A DNA stretch of 58,969 bases, the filler included. It is 6 parts of 6 records of this genome, joined end to end, with 100 filler letters (N's around TTAATTAATTAA, not from the genome) between each part and the next. Parts side by side here need not be neighbours in the genome. Positions count along the whole stretch, not along the records: positions 8,081 to 15,003 come from SRR31156797_32451; positions 15,104 to 21,589 come from SRR31156797_32453; 4 more parts are not named here. One strand, given 5' to 3'. The first letter of the stretch is position 1. Each line of letters starts with the position of its first letter. Of this stretch, positions 9,865 to 20,552 are shown piece by piece. The translations under genes were made by a program, and so were the position numbers. Below the pieces are notes generated by a model that saw only the letters and a list, made by a program, of their open reading frames with translations, searched no databases and was not told the DNA's origin.

Positions 9865-11591
9865 AGCTTAAAGAGATAACAATCGAAAACTTTCGAGGCA
9901 TTCGTTCACTGCATCTACCTCTTGATGGCCTGACGGTGCTCATTGGTGAAAACAACACAGGCAAGTCAACGGTGCTGGAGGCCATTCGGTTGGTGCTGAC
10001 GCGCGGTTTAGGTGTTCGGCGTAGCGGTCAGTTCGCCGAATACGACTTCCATTTAAAGGACGCCAGCGGAACTCCGCAAACGGCTGATCCAATTCAGATC
10101 ACATTGCATTTCGCCGAACAGGAAGAAGATGAATGGCCTGAAGCTATAATTCAGCAAATGGAACCTGCTACTCAACTGGATGCAGATACCGGTCTTTATA
10201 ATATCTGGCTAAAGGCGGAAGGTCTATATAATAGTGATTTAGGATCTTTTGAATCCAAGTGGGTTTTTCTCAATGCAAGCGGCGTGGAGCTAATTCTCAA
10301 GAACTCAACACCACTCAATCTGATTTCTCGTTTTGTGCCGCTCTTCTTCCTTTCCGCGCTTCGCGACGCCTCCCAGGAATTCGGGCAACACGGCCAGTTC
10401 TGGAGAGGTTTCCTAAAATCCATCCAGCTTCCCGAAAAACAGCGTGAAGAGATCGAGGAAATGCTTCAAAAGGTTAACGCATCGGTTATCGGCGCGAATG
10501 AAGGTCTGACTGAGGTTACCAGAAAAATTGCCAACGCTGGGCGGTTAATTCCACTAGATGCAGCCGATCCCGTTGCCTTGGAGGCAATTCCAACCCGAGT
10601 TTTCGACATGATTGGAAAGGTCCAGGTGCATCTGAAATCGAGTTACGGCGCGAAGCTCCCCCTGCATCGGCATGGCGAAGGGACCCAAAGCCTCGCCGTG
10701 CTGATGCTCTTCCAGGCTTTCGCCGCCGCCAACTTGGCCGAGGCCTACGCCCCTGAGTCTACGCCGGTTCTTGCTCTAGAAGAACCGGAGGCGCATCTTC
10801 ACCCTTCCGCCATCCGCTCCTTAGGATCGTTTCTGGAAAGCATGACCGGGCAGATTCTCGTGACGAGCCATTCCGGAGACCTGATCTCGCGGGTACCGGT
10901 CATGGCACTACGAAGGCTTTATAAACACAATGGGGAAACAAAGATCGGACTGGTTGAGAACGGGACCTTTACGGATCGAGAGCTACAAGCCATCGACTAT
11001 TGCATACGTATCGCAAAGGGGCATTATCTTTTTTCCCGTTGCTGGCTGCTGGTGGAAGGCGAATCGGATTTCCACATCATGCCGCTTCTTTTTGAATTAA
11101 TGGGGTATTCGCAGGATCAAATCAGTTTCTCTATTTTGGAAACAAGTCAGGTCATCGATAAGGGCGAACCGCTTATTAAATTCGCCAAAGCTTTGGGTAT
11201 TCAGTGGTTCCTAATGGCGGACGGAGACTCAGCTGGAAGAAAAGATTATGTGGCACGAGCAAACAATCATTTAGAGGCAGGAGAAAGCCTTGCTGATCGT
11301 GCTCAGGCATTAACTAGTGCCGACATTGAGCATGAGTTCTGGCATAATGGTTATGACGACTTTATTGAAAACAAAGTGACAAAAAAGCGCAAACGCGAGA
11401 TCGCGACTGAGGCTAAGGGTGACGATAATAAAAAAACGAAGCTGCTGATCAAGGCGGCCATCAAACAAGCCGGTGGAAAGCCAGCTTTCGCTCAGGTATT
11501 GACATCTGAAGTCCAGCAACGCGGTGTTGGCACTATCCCGCAGACAATCAAAGACATCATCTCCCATGTTGTTCAACTGGCCGGAGGTTGA
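9861..11591 (+). CDS. OLD-family ATP-dependent nuclease (ABC ATPase + TOPRIM), Gabija GajA-like
   Basis: IENFRGI, Walker A GENNTGKS, signature-like HGEGTQ, Walker B LEEPEAHLHP, H-loop VTSHS, TOPRIM LLVEGESD and DGD. Confidence 0.9.
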   Translation: MKLKEITIENFRGIRSLHLPLDGLTVLIGENNTGKSTVLEAIRLVLTRGLGVRRSGQFAEYDFHLKDASGTPQTADPIQITLHFAEQEEDEWPEAIIQQMEPATQLDADTGLYNIWLKAEGLYNSDLGSFESKWVFLNASGVELILKNSTPLNLISRFVPLFFLSALRDASQEFGQHGQFWRGFLKSIQLPEKQREEIEEMLQKVNASVIGANEGLTEVTRKIANAGRLIPLDAADPVALEAIPTRVFDMIGKVQVHLKSSYGAKLPLHRHGEGTQSLAVLMLFQAFAAANLAEAYAPESTPVLALEEPEAHLHPSAIRSLGSFLESMTGQILVTSHSGDLISRVPVMALRRLYKHNGETKIGLVENGTFTDRELQAIDYCIRIAKGHYLFSRCWLLVEGESDFHIMPLLFELMGYSQDQISFSILETSQVIDKGEPLIKFAKALGIQWFLMADGDSAGRKDYVARANNHLEAGESLADRAQALTSADIEHEFWHNGYDDFIENKVTKKRKREIATEAKGDDNKKTKLLIKAAIKQAGGKPAFAQVLTSEVQQRGVGTIPQTIKDIISHVVQLAGG

Positions 11592-11596
11592 AATAG

Positions 11597-13522
11597 ATGA
11601 TCGATTTATCATCCTTAAATAAAAATCAGCATGAGGCTGTGCTGTGGGATAAAGGGCCTCTTCTTGTGTTGGCTGGGCCTGGCTCAGGCAAAACACGGGT
11701 GCTGACCTACCGGATCGCCAGAATTCTAGAACAATCCGTCGGGCAGTATTTCCGGGTATTGGCTCTGACTTTCACCAACAAGGCCGCAGCAGAGATGCGC
11801 GGCAGGGTCGAAGAATTGGTCCCCAGCGAATTTGGCCGAGTGCGACTTACCACCTTCCATTCCTATGCGGCTGAGTTACTCCAGCAACACGGCAGCCATC
11901 TCAATTTGCGTCCTGATTTCCAGATTCTTTCCAACGATACCGACCGCCAAGCGTTGCTGGACGATGTTCTGGGACAACTTCGAAAGGATTTGGCCTACTC
12001 GCTCCCAACTCATTTCAAAGCAGCTCAACTCTTGCCAGCGGTCACGCGTCTTCTTGAGAAATGCGTTCCCCCAGATCAGGCGGAAATACTACTCCAGCAA
12101 GCCAACATGAAAAACGCAGTTCCGTTAGCTCGTGTTTACACATCTTACCGGGAAGCGCTTCGCCAAACGAATTGTCTTGATTTCCCTAGCCTGATTGCCG
12201 AATCGCTCGACCTTCTGAAGAAATATCCCTTCCTTGTAAAGCATATACGCAAGGTTTACAAGCATATCCTTGTCGATGAATTTCAGGACACCAACCACAC
12301 TCAGTATCGGATACTCTCATTAATCGCCCAGCCCGACCCGACCACGCTTTTTGTCGTGGCGGACGATGATCAGATCATTTACCAATGGAACGGTGCGAGT
12401 CCCAAAAGGATTCAGGCATTACGGGACGACTTCGGTGTTTCAGAGCTCCAGCTTCCCGAAAACTACCGATGCCCACCGCTGGTCATTGAACTGGCCAACG
12501 CCTTAATAGAAAAGAACCTTAACCGTTCGGCCGGGAAAAAACCTTTAAAAGCGGTCAAGCAGGGTGAAAGCGGGGATGTCGTAAGGGTGTTCCACTTCAC
12601 CTATGTGGATGAGGAAGCCGAGTGGATCGCGCAAGACATATCGCAAAAAAATACGAAAGAACGAGCAAACTGTGCCGTTCTCGCCCGCACAAGAAAGCTT
12701 GTCGACCTAGTTGGGAGAAAACTCGAAGAAGCGGGAGTTCCGGTCTATTTCGCAGCCCGCAAGGATGAATTCAAAAGCGCTCCCTTGAGGATGCTTCACT
12801 CCATCCTTCGGCTGGTGAATTCAGGGGAAGACAAGCAATCACTGGCACGGCTTTCAAAAGCATTTTATGAACTGGAGGGAATCAGTATTGAGTTGGCTCC
12901 CGTACTTTCCCGTGCATCAGCCGATGGAAAGGACTTTCTGCGAGCCTGGCTTGATGAGGTAAAGCTCCGTGACGCTCTTGAAGTTGATACTCGGCAGCTA
13001 CTTGAAGTGGGCATTAAGCCGCTTCTTAATTCGCTGAATTTCAGGGACTTTGCGGGAAAGCTGCTGAAATGGGCGGAGTCCTGTCAGCAATCATCGCGAC
13101 CGGATGAAAACGCCTTCAACGAGTTCGAAGAGGAAAACGAGGTATGGAAACTCCTCTTAGCAGAAATAACTAAGAAATTTGAAGGTGAGGAAATAAGTCT
13201 ACATCAGTTGCTTCACGAACTTGACCTTACCTCCAAGACTCCCCCGAAACCGGACGAAGCGATACCCTGTTTCACTATTCATGCTTCGAAGGGGATGGAA
13301 TTCGAAAACGTCTATCTTATGGGGCTTGTTGAGGATCAGCTTCCCAGTTGGGCCGCTGTCAAGAAGGGCGATAATTCCCTTGAGATGCAGGAAGAACGCC
13401 GGAACTGTTTTGTCGCCATCACTCGCGCACAGCAAACCCTGACTATGACTTATTCAGCAAAGGTGTTCGGTTGGTCGAAACAACCATCCAGATTCCTCAG
13501 CGATATGGGCATCGAGCTGTAG
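11597..13522 (+). CDS. UvrD/PcrA-family SF1 helicase, Gabija GajB-like
   Basis: AGPGSGKT, TFTNKAA, LVDEFQDTN, DDDQIIYQWNGA, ENYRC, TIHASKGMEF, EERRNCFVAITRA. Starts 5 nt after the OLD nuclease. Confidence 0.9.
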   Translation: MIDLSSLNKNQHEAVLWDKGPLLVLAGPGSGKTRVLTYRIARILEQSVGQYFRVLALTFTNKAAAEMRGRVEELVPSEFGRVRLTTFHSYAAELLQQHGSHLNLRPDFQILSNDTDRQALLDDVLGQLRKDLAYSLPTHFKAAQLLPAVTRLLEKCVPPDQAEILLQQANMKNAVPLARVYTSYREALRQTNCLDFPSLIAESLDLLKKYPFLVKHIRKVYKHILVDEFQDTNHTQYRILSLIAQPDPTTLFVVADDDQIIYQWNGASPKRIQALRDDFGVSELQLPENYRCPPLVIELANALIEKNLNRSAGKKPLKAVKQGESGDVVRVFHFTYVDEEAEWIAQDISQKNTKERANCAVLARTRKLVDLVGRKLEEAGVPVYFAARKDEFKSAPLRMLHSILRLVNSGEDKQSLARLSKAFYELEGISIELAPVLSRASADGKDFLRAWLDEVKLRDALEVDTRQLLEVGIKPLLNSLNFRDFAGKLLKWAESCQQSSRPDENAFNEFEEENEVWKLLLAEITKKFEGEEISLHQLLHELDLTSKTPPKPDEAIPCFTIHASKGMEFENVYLMGLVEDQLPSWAAVKKGDNSLEMQEERRNCFVAITRAQQTLTMTYSAKVFGWSKQPSRFLSDMGIEL

Positions 13523-13640
13523 GTTAAAGAGTGGATGGTTAGATGCCGATCTCAGTATACACAGAGGACACACTGGTTCAGCAGACAGCCAGAACCTGTT
13601 ACCTTCTCACACCACGCCTGATAAATGGGGAGATATCTAT

Positions 13641-15003
13641 ATGAGCTTAAAGACTAACCTACAAGGACGGCTTCGTAATACTTCCTTGCCATACAGCAAG
13701 GGGCTTCTCCCCCTGTTTGAGGCCGTCGCCAATTCGATTCATTCTATTGAGGAAGCGGCAGCGCCTTCACATCAGGGACGCATTTTAGTCGAAATTCTTA
13801 GGGGCACTCAAGAAAGCTTGAATCTCGATGGCGATCAAAGAAGGCCTGGCCCAGAAACTAGAGAGGAGATTATCGGGTTCAAGGTAGCGGATAATGGAAT
13901 CGGCTTCACCGAGCAGAACATGAACTCATTCCAAGAACTTGACAGCGACTATAAAGCGGATAAAGGTGGGCGTGGCGTTGGGCGATTGCTTTGGCTCAAG
14001 GCCTTCCGAAGAGCAAGTATTAAAAGTGTTTTCATTGACAGCGATGGTAAGTACAAAAAGAGAACATTTATTTTCAATTCCTTACAAGGCATTTCTGAAA
14101 ATAATGTGGAGGATGCAGAAACTCAACAGTTAGAGACTATTGTAAAACTTGAAGGATTTGAAACACGCTATAGAAATGCGACACGAAAGACTGCTCAGGC
14201 CATAGCGAACGAACTATTTGAACACTGCCTATGGTATTTCATCCGTGAAGGTAGCGCCCCCCATATTGTTGTCCAGGATGCAGATGAAGTAATAGAACTC
14301 GACCGTATATATGAAGATACCATGTTATCAGAATCGTCTGCGGAAACAATGACAATCAAGGAAATTTATTTCGAGTTGCTGCATGTTAAGCTGAGAGCCC
14401 ATTCAACCCGCTATCACCTAATTGCATACTGTGCCGCGAATCGACTCGTAAAAGAAGAGAATATTAAAGGGAGAATAGCAGGCTTATTTGGCAGACTATC
14501 TGATGAAAACGGAGATTTTGTTTATAATTGCTATATTAGTTCAACATTTCTGGATGAAAAGGTTCGCTCAGAGCGGACAGATTTCGACATCGATGAAGAG
14601 TCGCTTGAACTATTAGCGGAAACTGAAATATCACTCACCGATATCAGAAACAGTGCTCTCGAAAGAGCTGCCATATACTTATCTGAATATCTAGAGCAGA
14701 ATCGCGAATTGAGCAAGGAAAGAGTCGAGAACTTCATTTCACGAAAAGCGCCTCGATATCGTCCAATAGTAAAGCGAATCCCAGAAGACCACTTAAATAT
14801 TGACCCGAATATCACCGATAAAGAGTTAGATGTAGTTCTACATAAACAACTTATGGAGATAGAAAGTAACCTCATTGAGGAAGGCCATGATGTAATGAAA
14901 CCGAAAGAAAATGAGGACTACTCTGATTACCATAAACGCCTACAGGAATATTTAAAGAAAGCTGATGACATTAAAAAATCTGACCTTGCAAGTTATGTTT
15001 CCC
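13641..15003 (+). CDS. GHKL (MORC/MutL/HSP90-like) ATPase, 3'-truncated
   Basis: Bergerat motifs EAVANSIHS (N box), DNGIGF (G1) and GGRGVGR (G2), then an S5-like region ending in ERTDF. Runs into the spacer. Confidence 0.85.
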
Positions 15004-15103
15004 NNNNNNNNNNNNNNNNNNNNNNNNNNNNNNNNNNNNNNNNNNNNTTAATTAATTAANNNNNNNNNNNNNNNNNNNNNNNNNNNNNNNNNNNNNNNNN
15101 NNN
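15004..15103. other. Artificial contig spacer
   Basis: 44 N + TTAATTAATTAA + 44 N. Confidence 0.99.
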
Positions 15104-15355
<252 letters not shown>

Positions 15356-15370
15356 TCATGCATGAAGCGG

Positions 15371-16396
15371 TTAATTGTCGTTGATCAAAACCGGATCGGT
15401 CTTGGACGGGGTTACTTTCTGCAAAGCGGTGCGTGCTTCCGCAAGCTTACTTTTCAAAAAGAGATTTTCAAGAAACTGATTAAGATATTCAGATACCATA
15501 AACAGGAAATCCTTCAAGTCTTCGTCAATTCGCTTCGGTTGTTCATTAGCCAGTACAAGAACTCCCCGAGTCTTGCGCTGAAAAACAAGAGGTAGACAGA
15601 TAACACTCATAAAATCCACGGTGCTTGCACTTGCTCCGAGAAGACTTGAAGCTGCCTGTCCGGCATTATTTTCTTCGATAAAAATTGGTTCATTATTTTT
15701 ATAGACCCAACCGACAAGACCGCTTCCAAGAGGAAAAGCCATAGACTTTGGATCCCCTTTGTGCAGGATTGGTCTGTTTTCCCCTTCCATATAAAAAGAA
15801 GTCCCCCTCTGATCGATAACGGTGAGGAATGAATGAGAAAAACCACTTGTTCCAGCGGTCATGTTTAAGAGATTATCCAAAAAAGAGTTCCACTTAGGCT
15901 GCCTTTTGCGCAGATCATGCAACAGCTTAAGAGTCATAAAATATTCATTTTTTCTGCCATCTGCATCCACAGAACGAATACAGGAAAGCATTGAAGTAAT
16001 CATCTTTCCGAATTGGGAAAGAATCTTCAAATCCTTGGTACTAAATGAATAAGTGCGCTTGCTATCAAGACATATGGCCCCAAGCGATTGCTCCAGAGGA
16101 GTCCCCATGAATGCTTTAACTTTGGAATCTTCACGGTTCTCGTAATATCCGAGCGTTGTAGCACCTTTGCGATCCATATTATTGATAAAAAGAGGCTCAT
16201 TCTTACCGATCACGATTCCGGCAAGACTTTTCTTCTGCAAAGGAGTTCCCTTGGGTGAAATGTCGTCACCGAGACTGAAATAAGTGGATAACGAAAAGCC
16301 ATGCTGCCCGTCCGGCAGGAATAAGACAACACTGTGTGCCTCAAAAACATTACAGACTATGCTGAGGATATTAATTAAAATTTCGTTTCTAGGCAT
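15371..16396 (-). CDS. Tandem GAF-domain protein
   Basis: Two GAF-like repeats (SLAGIVIGKNEPLFI...AFMGTPL...GAICLDSK; GLVGWVYKNNEPIFI...SVICLPL...GVLVLA). No output domain seen. Confidence 0.82.
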   Translation of the reverse strand: MPRNEILINILSIVCNVFEAHSVVLFLPDGQHGFSLSTYFSLGDDISPKGTPLQKKSLAGIVIGKNEPLFINNMDRKGATTLGYYENREDSKVKAFMGTPLEQSLGAICLDSKRTYSFSTKDLKILSQFGKMITSMLSCIRSVDADGRKNEYFMTLKLLHDLRKRQPKWNSFLDNLLNMTAGTSGFSHSFLTVIDQRGTSFYMEGENRPILHKGDPKSMAFPLGSGLVGWVYKNNEPIFIEENNAGQAASSLLGASASTVDFMSVICLPLVFQRKTRGVLVLANEQPKRIDEDLKDFLFMVSEYLNQFLENLFLKSKLAEARTALQKVTPSKTDPVLINDN

Positions 16397-16399
16397 GCT

Positions 16400-16606
16400 C
16401 TATTTAGTCCTGCACTCGATGAAATAATCAATGCTCCGGTTATAAGTTTTTTCCTGCTCGGGTGTAAAGTAGCAGGCCGGAAGCTGATCCTTGGCGCGGT
16501 GATATTTGATGCATTCACAGCAGGCTCCTGCTCTGGAGCAGCCACTATAGGTGCAGGGACAGTCAACTTTATTCTTCTCGATATTGGAGCAACCGTCTAA
16601 ACTCAT
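16400..16606 (-). CDS. Small Cys-rich protein (DUF6485-like)
   Basis: CPCTYSGCSRAGACCECIKYHR...LPACYF pattern. AGGA RBS upstream, and 3 nt gap to the GAF gene. Confidence 0.75.
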   Translation of the reverse strand: MSLDGCSNIEKNKVDCPCTYSGCSRAGACCECIKYHRAKDQLPACYFTPEQEKTYNRSIDYFIECRTK

Positions 16607-16961
16607 ATATTTTCATCCTTAAATTATGGTCGTTAGAAGAGACAAATATCTTATGATATATTCAAATCCGTATCATTCTTATTTGAAAGAGCCTTCCCGG
16701 TCAACAGATACCCGGTTTAATACCAGCCCTTTTTAAACCCGCCAAAAGAGTTGGACTTTGCAAATCAGGCCTTTTTTTCACCCAAAAAAGCACAATAAGA
16801 CAAAAAAAGACGCCTTTTTTTAAAAAATTATAATTTCTACAATTTTTCTAGATAAATTCTGTTGTAATTAGTTGCAGTTCGGGATACTCATACATTAATA
16901 TACGTAAGGATTGTCTTGATGAGCGCCCAAGCAGGCAAGTCCATTTTAATCCTACAGCAAC

Positions 16962-18719
16962 ATGCAGGGTTTTAATATGTGGCAGGAAGCCTTTTCCAAA
17001 TATACAGGGGAAGCCTGTGACACGGACAACGTAACATCTCAGGATGTTTACGATACGAGGTCTTTGGATGGGTTACGTCTGCATCTGGACCATGTCCACA
17101 TCAAGAATTGTCTACTCCGTCCTTATTTTGAACAGCGCAACCAATATCCTCTTGTTGATGACCGCGAATTGCTGCCCTCTTTTGAGGTAGATCTCTACGA
17201 GTACAAAAAACTTCCCGGTTTCAGCATGGTCGCCCTTGAACGCCCCCTGAACTTTTTTCAGGAAATTTTTCAATTCGACATCCTGCACAGCCCGCGTCTT
17301 TTAGACGAATCCACCACTGATAATGCCTGCCCGCTTTTTGATTCAATTCTCAAGGCGAATATTGAAACCTTTGAAAGCAGGCTTCCCAAACGTTCACATA
17401 AAGAATTTCTTAGCGAATTCGCCAACACTGATATCTCAGCCATAGAAAACTATGACCGGATTCTTCCGCATCTGCTTGAAATTGAAAGAGCTCAGGTCAT
17501 GGCGCAGGATAACACCGGTAAATTTTATCTCGCCGGGGTATTCGGGTCGTTCCCGTCCGATCTAGATAACGAACTTAAGCGATTTGGTATCAGAATCGGT
17601 AAATTCAAACCTGGTGATAACCTGCTCTACGAATACAACCGTTTGTTCGTATACACTTTTCTCATGGAGCTTCATGGTTTCCCCATTGTTTCGGAACGCC
17701 GCACTTCCTCTGCTCTTTTTGCCCGTCGGCTGCACCGGATGGGTGAAAAATTTATGGTCCGCGTTCTGGGACAATCCGACCGTACCATAACCTCACTTTT
17801 TTCCCATTCAAAAGCCAAGCATTACCCTCGAGTGGAGAAAATCGCGTTGGTGCAGGTCAGCAAAGACAACAAAGACACCATTGCCGAACTCAAAAAAGGC
17901 GGTTTCTTTGTGGATGAAAGAAAACGAGTGGTCATCCTGAAAGTCAAATATCGCCAACATAAATTCAACCCGGAAAACGTCCGAGAAGATCGAGCCCTTT
18001 CTGTTTACGAGCAGCAGGTAATCCATCCTTATACCGGAGAATGTGCGTCACATTTTAACGTGATCAAAGATGCGTCCAGCATGACCATCCTGCTCAACGA
18101 TATTGTGCGTGGTGAATACACAGGCAAAATCGTCTATAAGCGCAATGAGCTGATTCAAGACACCGAAACCCATGAACGGCGGCTAAAATTTCTTTTTGCA
18201 TGGCTTTCCAAACACCAACGCAGGATCATCGGTTATTCAGATGAATTTTATTCCGGCGTAGTTAAAGTTATGGACAGCTACCTACTTGCCCCGGATAATT
18301 ATGAGCCGTTTAACGAACTTACTGAGCTTTATCAGGAAGTCTGGTCCAAATACAGTTACATCCAACAGGCCCGTAAGCTAAAAGTTCTTGAAGACCTCAG
18401 GGAACGGAGGTATCGGGGTAAAAAAATCGGCTATCGAGAGATGCTGCAGGTAATGCATGAAATCATGAATGAACTCAAATTTGAAATCGTCAACTACTTT
18501 GACAAGCTGGTGGAAACGGCTTTGAAAATAGGTGACAGGGTTCTTAATGATTCATACTTGATACGCAAATATATTTCCTGTCCGGAAGAAGAACTTACAC
18601 CTTATGGCCTTGATGTTAAAAAATATTATGGTCGTATGGTTATGGTACTTGATGAATTCAGGTCGATCCGTAAGAGCCGTTCCCTATACGAGGAAGGATC
18701 TGTAAGCGGATTGGTTTAA
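16962..18719 (+). CDS. Hypothetical cytoplasmic protein (585 aa)
   Basis: Long uninterrupted ORF with no signal peptide, TM segment or recognised motif. Confidence 0.8.
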   Translation: MQGFNMWQEAFSKYTGEACDTDNVTSQDVYDTRSLDGLRLHLDHVHIKNCLLRPYFEQRNQYPLVDDRELLPSFEVDLYEYKKLPGFSMVALERPLNFFQEIFQFDILHSPRLLDESTTDNACPLFDSILKANIETFESRLPKRSHKEFLSEFANTDISAIENYDRILPHLLEIERAQVMAQDNTGKFYLAGVFGSFPSDLDNELKRFGIRIGKFKPGDNLLYEYNRLFVYTFLMELHGFPIVSERRTSSALFARRLHRMGEKFMVRVLGQSDRTITSLFSHSKAKHYPRVEKIALVQVSKDNKDTIAELKKGGFFVDERKRVVILKVKYRQHKFNPENVREDRALSVYEQQVIHPYTGECASHFNVIKDASSMTILLNDIVRGEYTGKIVYKRNELIQDTETHERRLKFLFAWLSKHQRRIIGYSDEFYSGVVKVMDSYLLAPDNYEPFNELTELYQEVWSKYSYIQQARKLKVLEDLRERRYRGKKIGYREMLQVMHEIMNELKFEIVNYFDKLVETALKIGDRVLNDSYLIRKYISCPEEELTPYGLDVKKYYGRMVMVLDEFRSIRKSRSLYEEGSVSGLV

Positions 18720-18780
18720 ATTTAATTCTGAAAGCACCTTTAATGATTCTGGTGCTTTCAATTTATACGGAGTAAAAAAA

Positions 18781-19842
18781 TTGACAGCACTGCGCACTAC
18801 ACCCCTGACTGAGTGGCACCGTGAAAACGGCGCAAAACTTGTTCCTTTTGCCGGATTTGAAATGCCTGTCCAGTACAAAGGCATTATCGTTGAGCATAAA
18901 CACACCCGTGAAAATGTCGGTATTTTCGACATCAGCCACATGGGCGAATTCAAACTCAACGGCAAAGGCGCTAAAGATGGACTAAACAAGCTGGTCACCC
19001 AGAATCTGGACACCCTTGCACCAGGCAAATGCCGTTACGGATTCCTGCCTAACGACAAAGGCGGCGTTCTTGATGACCTCATCATCTATTGCCTTGCTGA
19101 AGATTCTTACATGCTGGTTGTTAACGGCTCATGTGAAGAAGGCGATTTCAACTGGATTGATTCTCGACTTCCCGAAGGGCTGAACTTTGAAAATGTTTCC
19201 TACGAAACCGCTAAAATCGACCTGCAGGGTCCTCTGGCTCTTGATGTACTGGAATCTGTTTTCGGACGTGATTTCAAGCATCTCAAGTACTTTAACTTTG
19301 AAGAGACAGAATTTGACGGCTACAACCTGATCATCAGCCGTACCGGCTACACAGGTGAGCTAGGCTACGAATTCTACCTGCCTTCCGACAAAGCCCTTTC
19401 CCTGTGGGAAAAACTGGTGGCTGACAAAAGAGTTGAACCCATCGGACTGGGCGCACGTGACACCCTGCGTCTTGAATGCGGCTACCCCCTCTACGGACAG
19501 GACCTCGATACCGAACACAATCCCCGTGAAGGCGGATACAGCTTCCTTCTGCCCGCAGACGCCTACACCGATGTAAAAGAAATTCTCATTCCCCTGACTA
19601 TCGAAGGCCGCCGCTCCGCCCGCCATGACGACATTGTCATGCTCGACGGCAAAGAAGTGGGTAAGGTAACCAGCGGTTCCTTCTCCCCTACCCTCGGCTA
19701 CTCTATCGCTCTGGCATATGTTGCCGCAGACGCAGCCGAAGCTGATTCTTTCATTATCAAGACAGCACGCAAAGAGCTTGAGGCCAAGAAGAGTGAACTG
19801 CCTTTCTACAAAGAAGGTACCGCCCGTAAGAAGCTGGATTAA
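18781..19842 (+). CDS. gcvT: Glycine cleavage system aminomethyltransferase T
   Basis: LRTTPL, FAGFEMPVQY, FDISHMGE, SRTGYTGELGYE, GLGARDTLRLE, VTSGSFSPTL. Confidence 0.96.
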   Translation: MTALRTTPLTEWHRENGAKLVPFAGFEMPVQYKGIIVEHKHTRENVGIFDISHMGEFKLNGKGAKDGLNKLVTQNLDTLAPGKCRYGFLPNDKGGVLDDLIIYCLAEDSYMLVVNGSCEEGDFNWIDSRLPEGLNFENVSYETAKIDLQGPLALDVLESVFGRDFKHLKYFNFEETEFDGYNLIISRTGYTGELGYEFYLPSDKALSLWEKLVADKRVEPIGLGARDTLRLECGYPLYGQDLDTEHNPREGGYSFLLPADAYTDVKEILIPLTIEGRRSARHDDIVMLDGKEVGKVTSGSFSPTLGYSIALAYVAADAAEADSFIIKTARKELEAKKSELPFYKEGTARKKLD

Positions 19843-19866
19843 ACTTAAGTTTTATAAAGTTAGTTT

Positions 19867-19905
19867 AACCCCGCCACTTACACCAGAGTGGCGGGGTTTC
19901 TTTTT
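19867..19905 (+). terminator. Rho-independent terminator after gcvT
   Basis: AACCCCGCCACT-tacaccag-AGTGGCGGGGTT followed by TCTTTTT. Confidence 0.88.
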
Positions 19906-19931
19906 AGCTCAAGGCACATTACAACTCAGCT

Positions 19932-20552
19932 ATGCGCAAAATAGATAAATATCTTTTGGTATCCTTAGTGCTGGCAACTATCAGCTTGGCTGCTTTTAGC
20001 GCTGAAGCCGGTTTTATGCCGTATGGAAGAATTTTCAAAGCAGTTAAAGACGAACGATCATATGTTACTCAAGCTCAAGACACCCGGCTTCAATTGCAAT
20101 TACATAAAGTCATTCTTCTTAATTGTCCTTCAAGTATCACTGAAGTTTCAAGTTATGTCTTCTCAGGCTATGCTTTTCTGGTGGGAGAGGTTGAAAACGA
20201 TACAGAGCGAGAAGTATTGATAAATTGCGCCAAGGAAATAAGCGGACTCTACGGAGTCAGCTATTTTTTGCCGCAAAATACAATTACAGACGAGAACACC
20301 TCATCTGAGCTTGAAATCAAGTTAAAAGGGATCATTGATCCAGAATACCCATCATCTAAAGTTACTGTAAAAGTAGTGCAAGATAATGTGGTCATACTGG
20401 GAGTATTAAGCCCTCAAGAACAGGAGTCTGTACTTGAGGCAGTGCAAAAAATATCTGGATCAACCAAAATCATAAATTTTCTTCAAGCTCCTCAACAGCA
20501 AAGAAAGCGAAAAAAAAGATTTCGCCCCTTACGTAATTTATTTAGTGATTAA
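19932..20552 (+). CDS. BON-domain (YraP/OsmY-like) periplasmic protein
   Basis: Signal peptide, DERS..TQAQD, and two BON-like repeats (GYAFLVGEV; VKVVQDNVVILG). Confidence 0.75.
   Translation: MRKIDKYLLVSLVLATISLAAFSAEAGFMPYGRIFKAVKDERSYVTQAQDTRLQLQLHKVILLNCPSSITEVSSYVFSGYAFLVGEVENDTEREVLINCAKEISGLYGVSYFLPQNTITDENTSSELEIKLKGIIDPEYPSSKVTVKVVQDNVVILGVLSPQEQESVLEAVQKISGSTKIINFLQAPQQQRKRKKRFRPLRNLFSD

Noticed and set aside
13523..13640. Possible attC-like or other recombination site between the helicase and GHKL genes
   Set aside because: No convincing RYYYAAC/GTTRRRY pair or extended inverted repeat, and no integrase in view.
16607..16961. ncRNA or riboswitch in the AT-rich divergent intergenic region
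   Set aside because: Only A/T tracts and promoter-like sequence are visible, with no stable or recognisable RNA structure.
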